In this document: positions 7,168 through 17,265 of the stretch, one piece after another
How the letters are laid out: every line of letters starts with the position of its first letter
How positions within the stretch are numbered: the stretch's first letter is position 1
Source of the DNA: Saprospiraceae bacterium
Lineage (GTDB): Bacteria; Bacteroidota; Bacteroidia; Chitinophagales; Saprospiraceae
Direction: 5' to 3'
Length of the DNA stretch: 64,000 nt
Assembly (NCBI GenBank): GCA_016714025.1
Contig: JADJOB010000001.1
Coordinates: forward strand, 405,197-469,196
The notes under the pieces: model-generated
Database searches by the model: none
What the model was told of the DNA's origin: nothing
The model's input: the letters and a program-made list of their open reading frames with translations, nothing else
Made by a program: the position numbers and the translations under genes

Positions 7168-9516
7168 ATGAACGAAGCAGAAACAAGAGCAGAACTCATA
7201 GACCCCAAGTTAAAGGCATGTGGATGGGGCGTTGTAGAAGGTTCTAAAGTCCTTCGTGAATACCATATTACACTAGGAAAAATTCAAACAGGCGGTGGGA
7301 ATGGCAAAAAAGAAATTGCCGATTACGTGTTGGTTTACAAAGGCATCAAGTTAGCAATTGTAGAAGCAAAAAGCGATGAACTAGAAGTTGGCGAAGGTGT
7401 CATGCAAGCCAAGAAATACGCTCAAAAATTGCAATTGGAAACTACTTATAGCACCAACGGAAAAAACATTTACCAAATCTGTATGAAATCAGGTGAAGAA
7501 GGTTTGGTGCCAGACTTTTTAAGTCCTGAACAACTTTGGAATAAAACCTTCCCTCCGTCAGACTCAGAGCTGAATGCTGAAGCGGATTGGCGAGAAAAAT
7601 TTGCCAATGTGCCGTTTGAAGATAAAAGCGGAAGTTGGCAGTTAAGATATTACCAGGAAATAGCCGTTCAGAGAGCCGTTGAAGCCATTGCTCAAAGCAA
7701 AAACAGAATTTTACTTACACTTGCAACAGGCACAGGAAAAACGGCCATTGCATTTCAAATTGCCTGGAAATTGTTTCAAACCCGTTGGAATTTAAAACGA
7801 GACGGTAGCCGCAGGTCGAGAATTTTATTTTTAGCAGACAGAAATATTTTGGCAGATCAAGCCTACAATTCATTTGCAGCATTTCCCGAAGATGCTTTGG
7901 TGCGAATTAAACCCACTGAAATTAAAAAAAGCGGAAAAGTACCAACCAATGGCAGCATTTTCTTTACCATATTTCAAACCTTTATGAGTGGTACGGATGC
8001 AGACGGAAAACCTCTGCCCTATTTTGGCGAATACCCAGCCGACTACTTTGATTTCATCATCATAGACGAGTGCCATCGTGGCGGAGCAAATGACGAGAGT
8101 AATTGGCGGGGCATATTAGAATATTTCAGTCCTGCGGTTCAATTAGGTTTAACAGCCACACCCAAGCGAAAAGACAATGTGGATACATACAAATACTTTG
8201 GCGAACCAGTTTTTATCTATTCGCTTAAAGAAGGAATTAATGATGGTTTCTTAACGCCCTTCAAAGTAAAACGCATTAAAACAACCTTAGATGATTATCG
8301 CTATACTTCGGACGATACCATTGTGGAAGGTGAAATTGAAGAAGGTAAACTCTATGAAGAAAAAGACTTTAATCGCACCATTGAAATTGTAGAACGTGAA
8401 GCCAAGCGTGTAAACATCTTTTTAGAAGAAGCAAATCAGAATGAAAAGGCAATAATTTTCTGTGCCAATCAAGCACACGCAGCATTGATAAGGGATTTGG
8501 TAAACCAAAATGCAAAAAGCAAAGACCCATTTTATTGTGTTCGTGTAACTGCCAATGATGGAGAAGAAGGTGAAAGATTGTTGCGTGAATTTCAAGACAA
8601 CGAAAAAACATTGCCAACCATTCTGACAACTTCGCAAAAACTTTCTACAGGTGTTGATGCAAGAAACATTCGGAATATTGTTTTGCTTCGTCCAGTCAAT
8701 TCAATGATTGAGTTTAAACAAATTGTTGGACGTGGCACCCGACTGTTTGACGGCAAAGAGTTTTTTACCATTTACGACTTTGTAGATGCTTATAAACATT
8801 TCAGCGATCCCGAATGGGACGGTGAACCTTTGGAAGAAGAACCAAAAGAATCTAAACTATATCCAACACCTAAACCAACCGTACCACAAATTTTTTTAGA
8901 TACAGGTGAGCTAACTCTGAAGAAGCCGAAAATAAAAATCAAACTACGCAATGGAAAAGAAAGAGAAATACAATCTATGATTTCAACTTCTTTTTGGAGT
9001 GCCGATGGTAAACCCATTTCATCCGAAGAATTTTTAAATAATCTGTTTGGAGAATTGCCCAAACTTTTCAGGGACGAAGAAGAATTGCGAAAACTTTGGA
9101 GCAACCCATTAACAAGAAAAACCTTGCTAGAGAATTTAGATGCAGCAGGTTTCCCAAAAGACGATTTATTGACTTTGCAAAAGTTAGTAGATATGGAAAA
9201 AAGCGACTTGTATGATGTACTGGAATACGTTTTCAATGGCGACTATATCGCAATGACAAGAGAAGCCAGAGCCAAAGCAGCCGAAGCGACCATCTTTGCT
9301 TTACTCAACGACAAACAAAAAGAGTTTATCACGTTCGTATTGAGTAAATATATTGAAACAGGCGTTGACGAACTCGACCAAGAAAAACTTCCAATCTTAT
9401 TGACAAACAAGTATCAATCATTGGAAGACGCCAAAGAAATTTTAGGAGACGTAGCAAACATTAGTAGACTGTTCATAGAATTTCAAGAACATCTTTACAA
9501 ACAGAAAGCAGCGTAA
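7168..9516 (+). CDS. hsdR: type I restriction enzyme, endonuclease/helicase subunit R
   Basis: 782 aa. The N-terminal PD-(D/E)xK region includes 'ADYVL...AIVEAK'. Helicase motifs are I 'LATGTGKT', II 'IIIDECHR' and III 'GLTATP'. The C-terminal tail looks EcoEI-R-like. Confidence 0.95.
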   Translation: MNEAETRAELIDPKLKACGWGVVEGSKVLREYHITLGKIQTGGGNGKKEIADYVLVYKGIKLAIVEAKSDELEVGEGVMQAKKYAQKLQLETTYSTNGKNIYQICMKSGEEGLVPDFLSPEQLWNKTFPPSDSELNAEADWREKFANVPFEDKSGSWQLRYYQEIAVQRAVEAIAQSKNRILLTLATGTGKTAIAFQIAWKLFQTRWNLKRDGSRRSRILFLADRNILADQAYNSFAAFPEDALVRIKPTEIKKSGKVPTNGSIFFTIFQTFMSGTDADGKPLPYFGEYPADYFDFIIIDECHRGGANDESNWRGILEYFSPAVQLGLTATPKRKDNVDTYKYFGEPVFIYSLKEGINDGFLTPFKVKRIKTTLDDYRYTSDDTIVEGEIEEGKLYEEKDFNRTIEIVEREAKRVNIFLEEANQNEKAIIFCANQAHAALIRDLVNQNAKSKDPFYCVRVTANDGEEGERLLREFQDNEKTLPTILTTSQKLSTGVDARNIRNIVLLRPVNSMIEFKQIVGRGTRLFDGKEFFTIYDFVDAYKHFSDPEWDGEPLEEEPKESKLYPTPKPTVPQIFLDTGELTLKKPKIKIKLRNGKEREIQSMISTSFWSADGKPISSEEFLNNLFGELPKLFRDEEELRKLWSNPLTRKTLLENLDAAGFPKDDLLTLQKLVDMEKSDLYDVLEYVFNGDYIAMTREARAKAAEATIFALLNDKQKEFITFVLSKYIETGVDELDQEKLPILLTNKYQSLEDAKEILGDVANISRLFIEFQEHLYKQKAA

Positions 9517-9770
9517 TGAAAGGAATCCAAGTATATACAGGCAACGAACAAAAGTGATACACATAGCTAAGCTGCAAAAGCCCAAACACGGATCAATGCT
9601 TTGTCAAAGAGTTTGGAAAGCCAACGCAAGACAAAATTGCTTTAAAATATTTATCGACTCTTCAAAAAAATAGAAAAAGCAAAGCCGAAAATCCTTAGTA
9701 TTCATAAAACAACAACAGCGAAAGTGTTTTCATATATACATGAAAGACTAAATAATATAAACATGATAGA

Positions 9771-10325
9771 ATGAGAAAAGTAATTGCAGCAATCAATATG
9801 ACACTGGACGGATATTGCGACCACACAGCGATTAGTCCGGACGAAGAAATACATGATCATTATTCCGATTTGCTAAATGAATCGGGCGAAATCCTCTATG
9901 GTCGAATTACCTTTCAACTCATGCAATTTTGGCAAACGCTACTCATAAATCCTTCTGGAGACAAATCGATGGACGACTTTGCAATTGCAATAGACAAAGT
10001 TCCAAAACTTGTGTTTTCTAATACACTGAAAAGCACAGGATGGGAAAGTGCAAAGCTGGCGAATAAAACACTTGAGGAAGCGCTTTTAGAACTCAAAAAA
10101 CAAACAGGCAAAGCCATTTTTATTGGCAGCCGGAGCTTAATTATTCAACTAATGGAACTCAATTTGATTGACGAATATCAACTCATGGTTCACCCAGTGG
10201 TGGCCGGAAGCGGCTTGCCCTTGTTTGAAAATATGCAGGACAGAAAGATGCTTAATCTCTTAAAGACAAAAAACTTTAACAGCGGCCCGGTTATACTTTA
10301 TTACCAGCCTATAAAAAACGACTGA
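9771..10325 (+). CDS. dihydrofolate reductase-like (RibD C-terminal domain) family protein
   Basis: 184 aa. The N-terminus 'MRKVIAAINMTLDGY' and the overall pattern are typical of the RibD_C/YwjB family. Confidence 0.7.
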   Translation: MRKVIAAINMTLDGYCDHTAISPDEEIHDHYSDLLNESGEILYGRITFQLMQFWQTLLINPSGDKSMDDFAIAIDKVPKLVFSNTLKSTGWESAKLANKTLEEALLELKKQTGKAIFIGSRSLIIQLMELNLIDEYQLMVHPVVAGSGLPLFENMQDRKMLNLLKTKNFNSGPVILYYQPIKND

Positions 10326-10666
10326 CAATTTAGAATTTTATGACATTGGATAGCCAGATGTATGAATCGCTCATCGGGCAGTAGGTACTACCTAATACAT
10401 GCTGACAGGATCCGTCTCACACTATTTATACATAAGCAAATGAAAGAAATTATTTTGCTTCCAGTCTATACCAATCGATTTGCCCCATTTTGAAATGCTT
10501 AAAAGTTTAACAAAAAAGCCAGGGTCCAGGTAGATTCTGCAATGTACCTTTATCAAAATTTGCAATTAATGAGTCGATCCCACATTATGACCCAACAGTT
10601 TTTACAAGCCTTAAATCGTTCAAAAAAATACAAAAGGCTGGTGCAATAAATAATTATACAAATACA

Positions 10667-11854
10667 ATGAATGGAATAATCACACTTGTATTTTTGACTT
10701 CGTTCACCTTAAGCATTGGACAATCACAGTTTATCACTAAGCTTGATGGGAGCAAAGTTTCGATTAACGAAATTGATAAATCCATCACACGATTAATGAA
10801 CGAAGCAAATATTGACGGCTTAAGCCTGTCCGTACTAAACAATAATAAAACTGTTTTTATAAAATCCTATGGCTATAGAAATAAACCTAAAAATGAATTG
10901 CTTGACCCTGGTACGATTATGTATGGAGCTTCTTTTAGTAAAGCTGTATTTGGTTTTCTTATAATGAAATTAGTTCAACAAAATAAATTGGATCTTGACA
11001 AACCGCTTTACCTGTATTTAAACAAACCAATCCCTGAATACGACTATTTTTCCGATTTAACGAATGATGATAATTGGAAATTAATAACCGCAAGAATGTG
11101 TTTAAGCCATACTACTGGACTGCCTAATGTAAGATGGTTTAATCCAATCACCTCAGAACAAGATACCTTGGGTATTATGAAAATCTACTTTAGCCCCGGA
11201 ACAAAATACGCCTATTCCGGTGAAGGTTTTAAACTCTTGCAATTGGTTGTAGAAGAAATTACAAATAAAAAAATTGATGAATTAGCTATTGAAAATGTTT
11301 TTAAGCCTATTGGAATGTCCCGAACAGGGTATGTTTGGCACAATTCATTTGGTGATGACAATGTAGCTGTAGGCCATATGAGCAATGGCGACATTGATAA
11401 AAAACGTAAACGCACAGAAGCAGTTGCAGGAGGCTCTTTGGTAACAACTTTAGCAGATTATTCTAAGTTTATAGAATATATCATGCAAAAAAAAGGATTA
11501 AAAAAGAAATGGTTTAATGAAATGATTACACCCCAAATTGAAATCCATTCAGTTACCCAATTTCCACCGATAACATTTGAAAAATCATCAGAATATAAAG
11601 AAATTAAATTGTCTTATGGTTTGGGATGGGGAATTTTACATTGTCCAAACGGTAAAGCCATCTTCAAAGAAGGCAATGGAGGGGCCTGGAGAAATTACAA
11701 TATAAATTTTATTGACAAAGGCATTTCTATTGTCATTTTAATCAATAGTGAAAATGGTGAATCCATATATCAAGAACTTATAGAAACTTTAGTTGGCCCT
11801 ACGTGCATTCCCTGGAAATGGCATGGCTATATTCCATACAATAATAAAAAATAA
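10667..11854 (+). CDS. serine hydrolase, beta-lactamase/transpeptidase-like family
   Basis: 395 aa with a signal peptide, the SxxK motif 'ASFSKAV' and a downstream 'YSGEG' (YxN-like) motif. Confidence 0.8.
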   Translation: MNGIITLVFLTSFTLSIGQSQFITKLDGSKVSINEIDKSITRLMNEANIDGLSLSVLNNNKTVFIKSYGYRNKPKNELLDPGTIMYGASFSKAVFGFLIMKLVQQNKLDLDKPLYLYLNKPIPEYDYFSDLTNDDNWKLITARMCLSHTTGLPNVRWFNPITSEQDTLGIMKIYFSPGTKYAYSGEGFKLLQLVVEEITNKKIDELAIENVFKPIGMSRTGYVWHNSFGDDNVAVGHMSNGDIDKKRKRTEAVAGGSLVTTLADYSKFIEYIMQKKGLKKKWFNEMITPQIEIHSVTQFPPITFEKSSEYKEIKLSYGLGWGILHCPNGKAIFKEGNGGAWRNYNINFIDKGISIVILINSENGESIYQELIETLVGPTCIPWKWHGYIPYNNKK

Positions 11855-12005
11855 TAAGTCTGTACAAATACAGCTGTGAGAATACCGGATTTTGTAGAGA
11901 TCACCTTCTCTCTGGCTCAGGATCCATACATTTTCAGATTTGGCATTTCCCCTGCCAGCTTCGTATCTTTACACTTTATTCTATTTAACAGTTTAAAACA
12001 TTGAA

Positions 12006-12536
12006 ATGAAAATTCTACTGATAATTTTGTTGACTATCGTTGGTATCATCGCATTGCTTTTAATCCTGGCACTTTTCATGAAAAAAGAACATTATGTAAA
12101 ATGTGAAATCACGATCAATGCGCCACGTCAAAAAGTATTTGACTACATCAAGCTGCTTAAAAACCAGGACTATTTCAACAAAAATGCGATGGCGGGTTCA
12201 GATCGGATTAGAGAATATAAAGGCACAGATGGGACAGAAGGATTTATTTATGCCTGGAGCGGGAACAAAGATGCCGGTCAGGGAGAAAAGGAAATTAAAA
12301 AGCTCATCGAAGGCCAGAGAATGGAAGCAGAAATTCGTTTTATAAAACCTATGAAAACGTCTTCTTATATTATAATGGAATTAGAATCTATCGCTGACAA
12401 TCAAACCAAAGTATCCTGGAGCAATGCAGGTACCTTAAACTATCCAGTAAACATCATGATCCCCATGATGGAAAAAATGCTTCCTAAGGATATGGACATC
12501 AGTTTGACTAATTTGAAAAACATACTTGAAAACTAG
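12006..12536 (+). CDS. SRPBCC (polyketide cyclase/START-like) family protein with N-terminal TM anchor
   Basis: 176 aa. It has a hydrophobic N-terminus, then an 'INAPRQKVFDYI...' start typical of SRPBCC proteins. Confidence 0.6.
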   Translation: MKILLIILLTIVGIIALLLILALFMKKEHYVKCEITINAPRQKVFDYIKLLKNQDYFNKNAMAGSDRIREYKGTDGTEGFIYAWSGNKDAGQGEKEIKKLIEGQRMEAEIRFIKPMKTSSYIIMELESIADNQTKVSWSNAGTLNYPVNIMIPMMEKMLPKDMDISLTNLKNILEN

Positions 12537-12621
12537 TTTGTCAATACCTATCAACCAGCAATTGAATTGATTTTACAGCCAGTTTGTTTATGCAGCTGCA
12601 ATGATTAAAAAAGTTGTGCCT

Positions 12622-13896
12622 TTATTTATCTTTATACACCCCCCGAATCTTCTTGGTTTCATTGAGTATCTGTCCAAAATGTTCCTGGTATTTTCCGGAT
12701 TGCAATTCAGCATCAAACGTATCGGCAATTTTATTTACCAGCAATCCATATTTGGTTGAATTTTCAACATATAAATTCTTACTGAATGACAAGCTTTGTT
12801 CGTCTTCTTTAAACCGTATATCCAATTTGGTATTTTCAAACTCAAGATCTAAACAATGACCGGTGTATTCATGGGTTTCATCCCGGACTATGTTTGCTTT
12901 CGTCCAACCCAATTGATTTAAAACAAAATCTAAAAAAACTGGCAGCATGGATGGCTTTACCGGATACAAGGTATAATAAGCATCTGTCGAATCAAATCGC
13001 CCGGTCCAATTGGGAGGTTTTTGATGTTGGATCAATTCCAGATGATAGCCATCTTGCGTTTTGCGCCATTCAAAAAATCGATTGAACCATTCAAGATTTG
13101 CTTCCTTTATGTTGATCAATCGGGTCGCTGTATTATCAAATTTAACAACATATCCCGTATCATTTAAATAATTATAAACCACCAGGGCATTTTCAGATTC
13201 AGGCAAATCTTCATCCTGTGCATTCCAGGATTGAAATTCTGCAAGAAAGACGATGCTTTTTTGATCGGGTGCAAATGCCAATGCACCGTGTGGAGCCGGA
13301 AATGAATAATTTTCAATGGCATCATTGTTAACATGAAAATTCCATTTCTCAAAAGTTTGAATATCAAGAACCGTTTGTTCACCAATCATTAAATAACGGC
13401 CACCGACCAAACGATTCAATTGCTCCAGATTGGCGGTGTCGCTTTTAGAAAATACTTCTTCATAAAGACCAGGCTGACCCTGATTGCTATCTAAAAATTG
13501 CAAGGAAGCAAAATCGTGGGATTGTTTTAACAAAGGCTCAACGACAGGAGTTCCCTCGTTGATATAAATTAAATAGAGATTCTGACTGCCTGCTATCAGG
13601 CTGGGTTGCCGCGCACCTTCTAAAGCATAGACATTCCATAAAAAAGCTAAGCCGGTATTGCTTTGTAAACCGTCTGGAAATTCAATGGCTTTGCCTTGGT
13701 ATAATATGGAATAGGCAACCTGAGTTCGGTCAACCATCCCATAATTCATGTTGAGCTCGCGACCCGTATTTGCCGTAGCACGGATTGTAAAGGGTCCATA
13801 GGAAATATCCTTTTCAATCGTTCGAAAAGATTTTCTGCCATAAAACCAATAAATACAAGCGATTAAGCTGATCCCAATGAGGAGCACAATTTTCAT
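12622..13896 (-). CDS. hypothetical membrane-anchored protein
   Basis: 424-aa ORF with an N-terminal TM or signal segment 'MKIVLLIGISLIACIYWF'. No motif recognised. Confidence 0.6.
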   Translation of the reverse strand: MKIVLLIGISLIACIYWFYGRKSFRTIEKDISYGPFTIRATANTGRELNMNYGMVDRTQVAYSILYQGKAIEFPDGLQSNTGLAFLWNVYALEGARQPSLIAGSQNLYLIYINEGTPVVEPLLKQSHDFASLQFLDSNQGQPGLYEEVFSKSDTANLEQLNRLVGGRYLMIGEQTVLDIQTFEKWNFHVNNDAIENYSFPAPHGALAFAPDQKSIVFLAEFQSWNAQDEDLPESENALVVYNYLNDTGYVVKFDNTATRLINIKEANLEWFNRFFEWRKTQDGYHLELIQHQKPPNWTGRFDSTDAYYTLYPVKPSMLPVFLDFVLNQLGWTKANIVRDETHEYTGHCLDLEFENTKLDIRFKEDEQSLSFSKNLYVENSTKYGLLVNKIADTFDAELQSGKYQEHFGQILNETKKIRGVYKDK

Positions 13897-14085
13897 GAAT
13901 TCAATTATAAAAGCAAATTAACAGAAAAAAATACGTAACCCAAGAAATATCCAACTCCGAGATTTTTCATTTAAGCAATTCCTACAAGAATTTAGAATGA
14001 TACTTACCTCAAAAGAAATTTCTTTCAGGATTATACAATAATACGCTTTAAATGCGTTTACTTTGCATTACAAAGTACTTTTGCA

Positions 14086-14724
14086 ATGAACGAACAAGAC
14101 CATTTAAAAACACTTTCTGAGATCAAACAGCTCATGGAACGCTCTTCCCGATTCCTTTCCCTCAGCGGACTTTCCAGTATCTGCATTGGAATTTACGCAC
14201 TTGTTGGTGCTGCTGTTGGTTATTGGTATCTTCAAGATCAATCCCTTAATTTAAACAGCTATTTTAAACAATTTGCAAGTGCTTCAGAGGAATCTACCCA
14301 TAGCATAACCGTTTTTTTAACAATCGACGCCTTGTTGGTTTTACTGCTGTCCATTTTAAGCACCTACCTATTTACCCAACGGCTGGCTAAAAAGCAAGGA
14401 ATGCAACATTGGGATGCCACAGCAAAACGTTTGTTGATCAACTTATTAATCCCATTCTTAACCGGTGCCCTTTTTTGCCTGATACTCATCGTGCACCAAC
14501 AAATCGAATGGATCCTTCCTTCCATGCTGATTTTTTACGGGCTTGCCTTATTAAATGCAAGTCATTATACCCGAACTGAAATTCGCCATCTGGGATTAAT
14601 GGAAATTCTTCTTGGATTGATTGCTGCCCTAGTTCCAGCTTATGGATTGCTGTGCTGGGCCATTGGATTTGGAGTATTGCACATCGCTTACGGAATTCGC
14701 TTTTATTATAATTATGAACGATGA
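14086..14724 (+). CDS. hypothetical integral membrane protein
   Basis: 212 aa with about five hydrophobic segments. Its stop overlaps the start of the next gene (ATGA). Confidence 0.65.
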   Translation: MNEQDHLKTLSEIKQLMERSSRFLSLSGLSSICIGIYALVGAAVGYWYLQDQSLNLNSYFKQFASASEESTHSITVFLTIDALLVLLLSILSTYLFTQRLAKKQGMQHWDATAKRLLINLLIPFLTGALFCLILIVHQQIEWILPSMLIFYGLALLNASHYTRTEIRHLGLMEILLGLIAALVPAYGLLCWAIGFGVLHIAYGIRFYYNYER

Positions 14725-15017
14725 AAGAATTGATCTATGGCCTGAATCGCGAATTTGAAAGTCGAATCCGTTTAGGGATCATGTCCATACTGATGGTCAA
14801 CGATAAAGTCGAATTTAAAAGCTTAAAAGAATTGCTTGAACTAACGGACGGCAATCTCGCAAGCCATCTGTCAGCGCTTGAAAAAGCAGGTTATCTGAAA
14901 GTAAAAAAACAATTTATAGATCGAAAACCAAACACCAGCTACAGTGCCACCAGTGAAGGAAAAAAAGCCTTTAATGCACATTTAAAATTGTTGGAAAAAT
15001 TCTTAAAAAAACAATAA
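14721..15017 (+). CDS. winged-helix transcriptional regulator (HTH_34-like)
   Basis: 98 aa. 'FKSLKELLELTDGNLASHLSALEKAGYLKVKKQF' is a typical winged-helix DNA-binding region. Confidence 0.75.
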   Translation: MKELIYGLNREFESRIRLGIMSILMVNDKVEFKSLKELLELTDGNLASHLSALEKAGYLKVKKQFIDRKPNTSYSATSEGKKAFNAHLKLLEKFLKKQ

Positions 15018-15042
15018 ACCCGTCAACGTAAAATACAAGATC

Positions 15043-16281
15043 ATGGACATACAATCACACCTTGACAATCCAAAACAATTGGAAAAAATGTACCGCGACA
15101 ATAAATCCGAATTTAAAGCAGCCTTGAAATTGCTTAAGCCCCAGCAGATGGACCAAAAATTGTTTGCTTATTGGAATGAACGAATTAACTATGATCGACC
15201 CGACATATCCTGGGGCAATCGAAATGAACTTATCTTTTTATTGATTGCATCACTTGTTGCGGGCTTATTGGCTAAAATACCATCGCTATTTAATTTAAAT
15301 CCGGAGTTGTTTTATCAGAGAAACATCGGATTTATTGTCTTTCCAATGCTAACTTGTTATTTCGCATGGAACAAAGGGCTTTCCATAAAAAAAACAATCT
15401 TTGCCGGCCTTGTTTTCCTTCTTAGTGTCGTGTATATAAATTTATTGCCGTCCGCTGATAAAAGTGATAGCTTGATTTTAGCTTGCATCCACCTGCCTTT
15501 ATTGTTGTGGGCTGTCGTAGGATTTTCCTATGCATGCGGGGAATTTAAAAACACATCCAAAATTCTTGAGTTTCTGCGCTACAATGGGGACTTACTCATT
15601 ATAACAGGCTTGATCTTAATATCAGGTGGAATGCTTACGGGCATTACCATTGGATTGTTTTCAGTCATTGGAATTCAAATTGAGGATTTATATTTTAATT
15701 ACTTTGGTATTTTCGGACTTGCCGCTGCTCCAATACTTGGTACGTATTTAACACAAACAAATCCACAACTGGTAAATAAAATTTCTCCTGTCATTGCGGG
15801 GATTTTTAGTCCGCTGGTATTCATCATGCTGCTAATTTACTTAGTGGCTATTTTCTATTCAGGAAAAGATCCCTACAATGACCGCGAGTTTTTAATGATC
15901 TTTAATGCACTCTTAATTGGTGTCATGGCTATTATCCTGTTTTCAATTTCAGAAACCGGTAAACAACGCACGGGTAAACTAGGAAGCTATATCCTTTTGG
16001 GATTGTCCCTTGTAACCATAATTGTAAATGGAATCGCACTTTCTGCCATTTTATATAGAATTTCAGAATGGGGAATTACACCCAACCGATTGGCTGTGTT
16101 GGGTGCAAATACTTTGATGCTGATTCACCTGGTTTTTATAACGATTCAACTTACGAGACATGTATTTAAAAAAGTTGAAATTCAACGGGTGGAATATTCC
16201 ATCGTTCTTTTTATTCCGGTTTACATTTTGTGGATCTGTTTGGTTACTTTTATATTTCCATTTATTTTTCAATTCAACTAA
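15043..16281 (+). CDS. polytopic membrane protein (DUF4153-like)
   Basis: 412 aa with about ten TM segments. It is co-directional with the preceding membrane-protein and regulator pair. Confidence 0.6.
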   Translation: MDIQSHLDNPKQLEKMYRDNKSEFKAALKLLKPQQMDQKLFAYWNERINYDRPDISWGNRNELIFLLIASLVAGLLAKIPSLFNLNPELFYQRNIGFIVFPMLTCYFAWNKGLSIKKTIFAGLVFLLSVVYINLLPSADKSDSLILACIHLPLLLWAVVGFSYACGEFKNTSKILEFLRYNGDLLIITGLILISGGMLTGITIGLFSVIGIQIEDLYFNYFGIFGLAAAPILGTYLTQTNPQLVNKISPVIAGIFSPLVFIMLLIYLVAIFYSGKDPYNDREFLMIFNALLIGVMAIILFSISETGKQRTGKLGSYILLGLSLVTIIVNGIALSAILYRISEWGITPNRLAVLGANTLMLIHLVFITIQLTRHVFKKVEIQRVEYSIVLFIPVYILWICLVTFIFPFIFQFN

Positions 16282-16436
16282 TGCATAAAGCACATGATGG
16301 CATAAACTGAGCCAATGGACTTTACAGCTTGTAAAACTTTAAAACAAATAGTATAGACACCAGATTTAAAAATAAAAATCAAGAAAGTACTGTAGACAGC
16401 CTTGTTGAAGTTTGCAGCTGGATTGCGCTTCTTGCG

Positions 16437-16850
16437 ATGTGGGTTTTTCTTCTTGCAAATTTTTCCGATTTGCCAGAAGTAATACCTCAACATTACAATG
16501 CATATGGAAAAGCAGATGGTTTTGGAAGTAAATCAAATTTATTTATTTTGGCCGGTATTGCTAGCATACTCAATATAGGACTTAGCATACTAAAAAAATA
16601 TCCGCATCGCTTTAATTATCCGGTTGAAATTACGAAAGAAAATGAATTCAGACAATATGCAATCGCTACCAGAATGCTTCGCTTTGTAAAATTAATCCTG
16701 GTTTTGATTTTTAGTTCGCTAATAATTAAAACCATACTTATTGCAAAAGGAGGAACTCATGAACTTGGCTTTTGGTTTTTACCCATTGCTTTAGTTTGTT
16801 TGATTGGGAGTATTGCTTATTTTTTAATTTTATCTTTTAGATCAAAATAA
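16437..16850 (+). CDS. DUF1648-like membrane protein (start uncertain)
   Basis: 'LPEVIPQHYNAYGKADGFGSK' resembles the DUF1648 signature. The first TM helix appears to continue upstream of the ATG, where the frame is open from 16335 but holds no ATG, GTG or TTG. Confidence 0.55.
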   Translation: MWVFLLANFSDLPEVIPQHYNAYGKADGFGSKSNLFILAGIASILNIGLSILKKYPHRFNYPVEITKENEFRQYAIATRMLRFVKLILVLIFSSLIIKTILIAKGGTHELGFWFLPIALVCLIGSIAYFLILSFRSK

Positions 16851-16860
16851 ATACAAACAC

Positions 16861-17244
16861 ATGCAAGCTAAACAGCATATTCAGTCCATTAATTTAATGC
16901 AAAAATTTTCATTGTTTGATAAACTTTGGACTCCACATATTATTGGCGAACTAAACGGCCAATACGTTAAATTATGCAAACTTAAAGGCGACTTTGTCTG
17001 GCACAGTCATGAACATGAAGATGAATTGTTTATGGTTTTTAAAGGAACCTTGTTGATGGATTTTAGAGATGGTACAACAGTAGCAGTTCATGAAGGAGAA
17101 ATTTTGATCGTCCCAAAAGGTGTTGAACACCGACCCCATACAGATGGTGAACTGGTTTTTAATCTATTGTTTGAACCCAAAGAAACTGCACATACCGGAA
17201 CAGTGAAAAGTGAGATGACAATAAACGAATTGGAATGGATCTGA
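16861..17244 (+). CDS. cupin domain protein
   Basis: 127 aa with cupin motifs 'WHSHEHEDELFMVFKG' and 'VPKGVEHRP'. Confidence 0.8.
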   Translation: MQAKQHIQSINLMQKFSLFDKLWTPHIIGELNGQYVKLCKLKGDFVWHSHEHEDELFMVFKGTLLMDFRDGTTVAVHEGEILIVPKGVEHRPHTDGELVFNLLFEPKETAHTGTVKSEMTINELEWI

Positions 17245-17265
17245 TTTATTGTAAAAGAATTATTT

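Noticed and set aside
1-9600. The R-M island as a recognisable mobile element (integrative element, transposon or prophage)
   Set aside because: There is no integrase, transposase, recombinase, phage structural gene or flanking direct repeat in the window. Only the compositional difference and the 19-bp inverted-repeat unit hint at acquisition.
12103-12345. 80-aa alternative-frame ORF inside the SRPBCC gene
   Set aside because: It is fully nested in a longer ORF with recognisable family features, and its K/R-rich translation is typical of an off-frame artefact.
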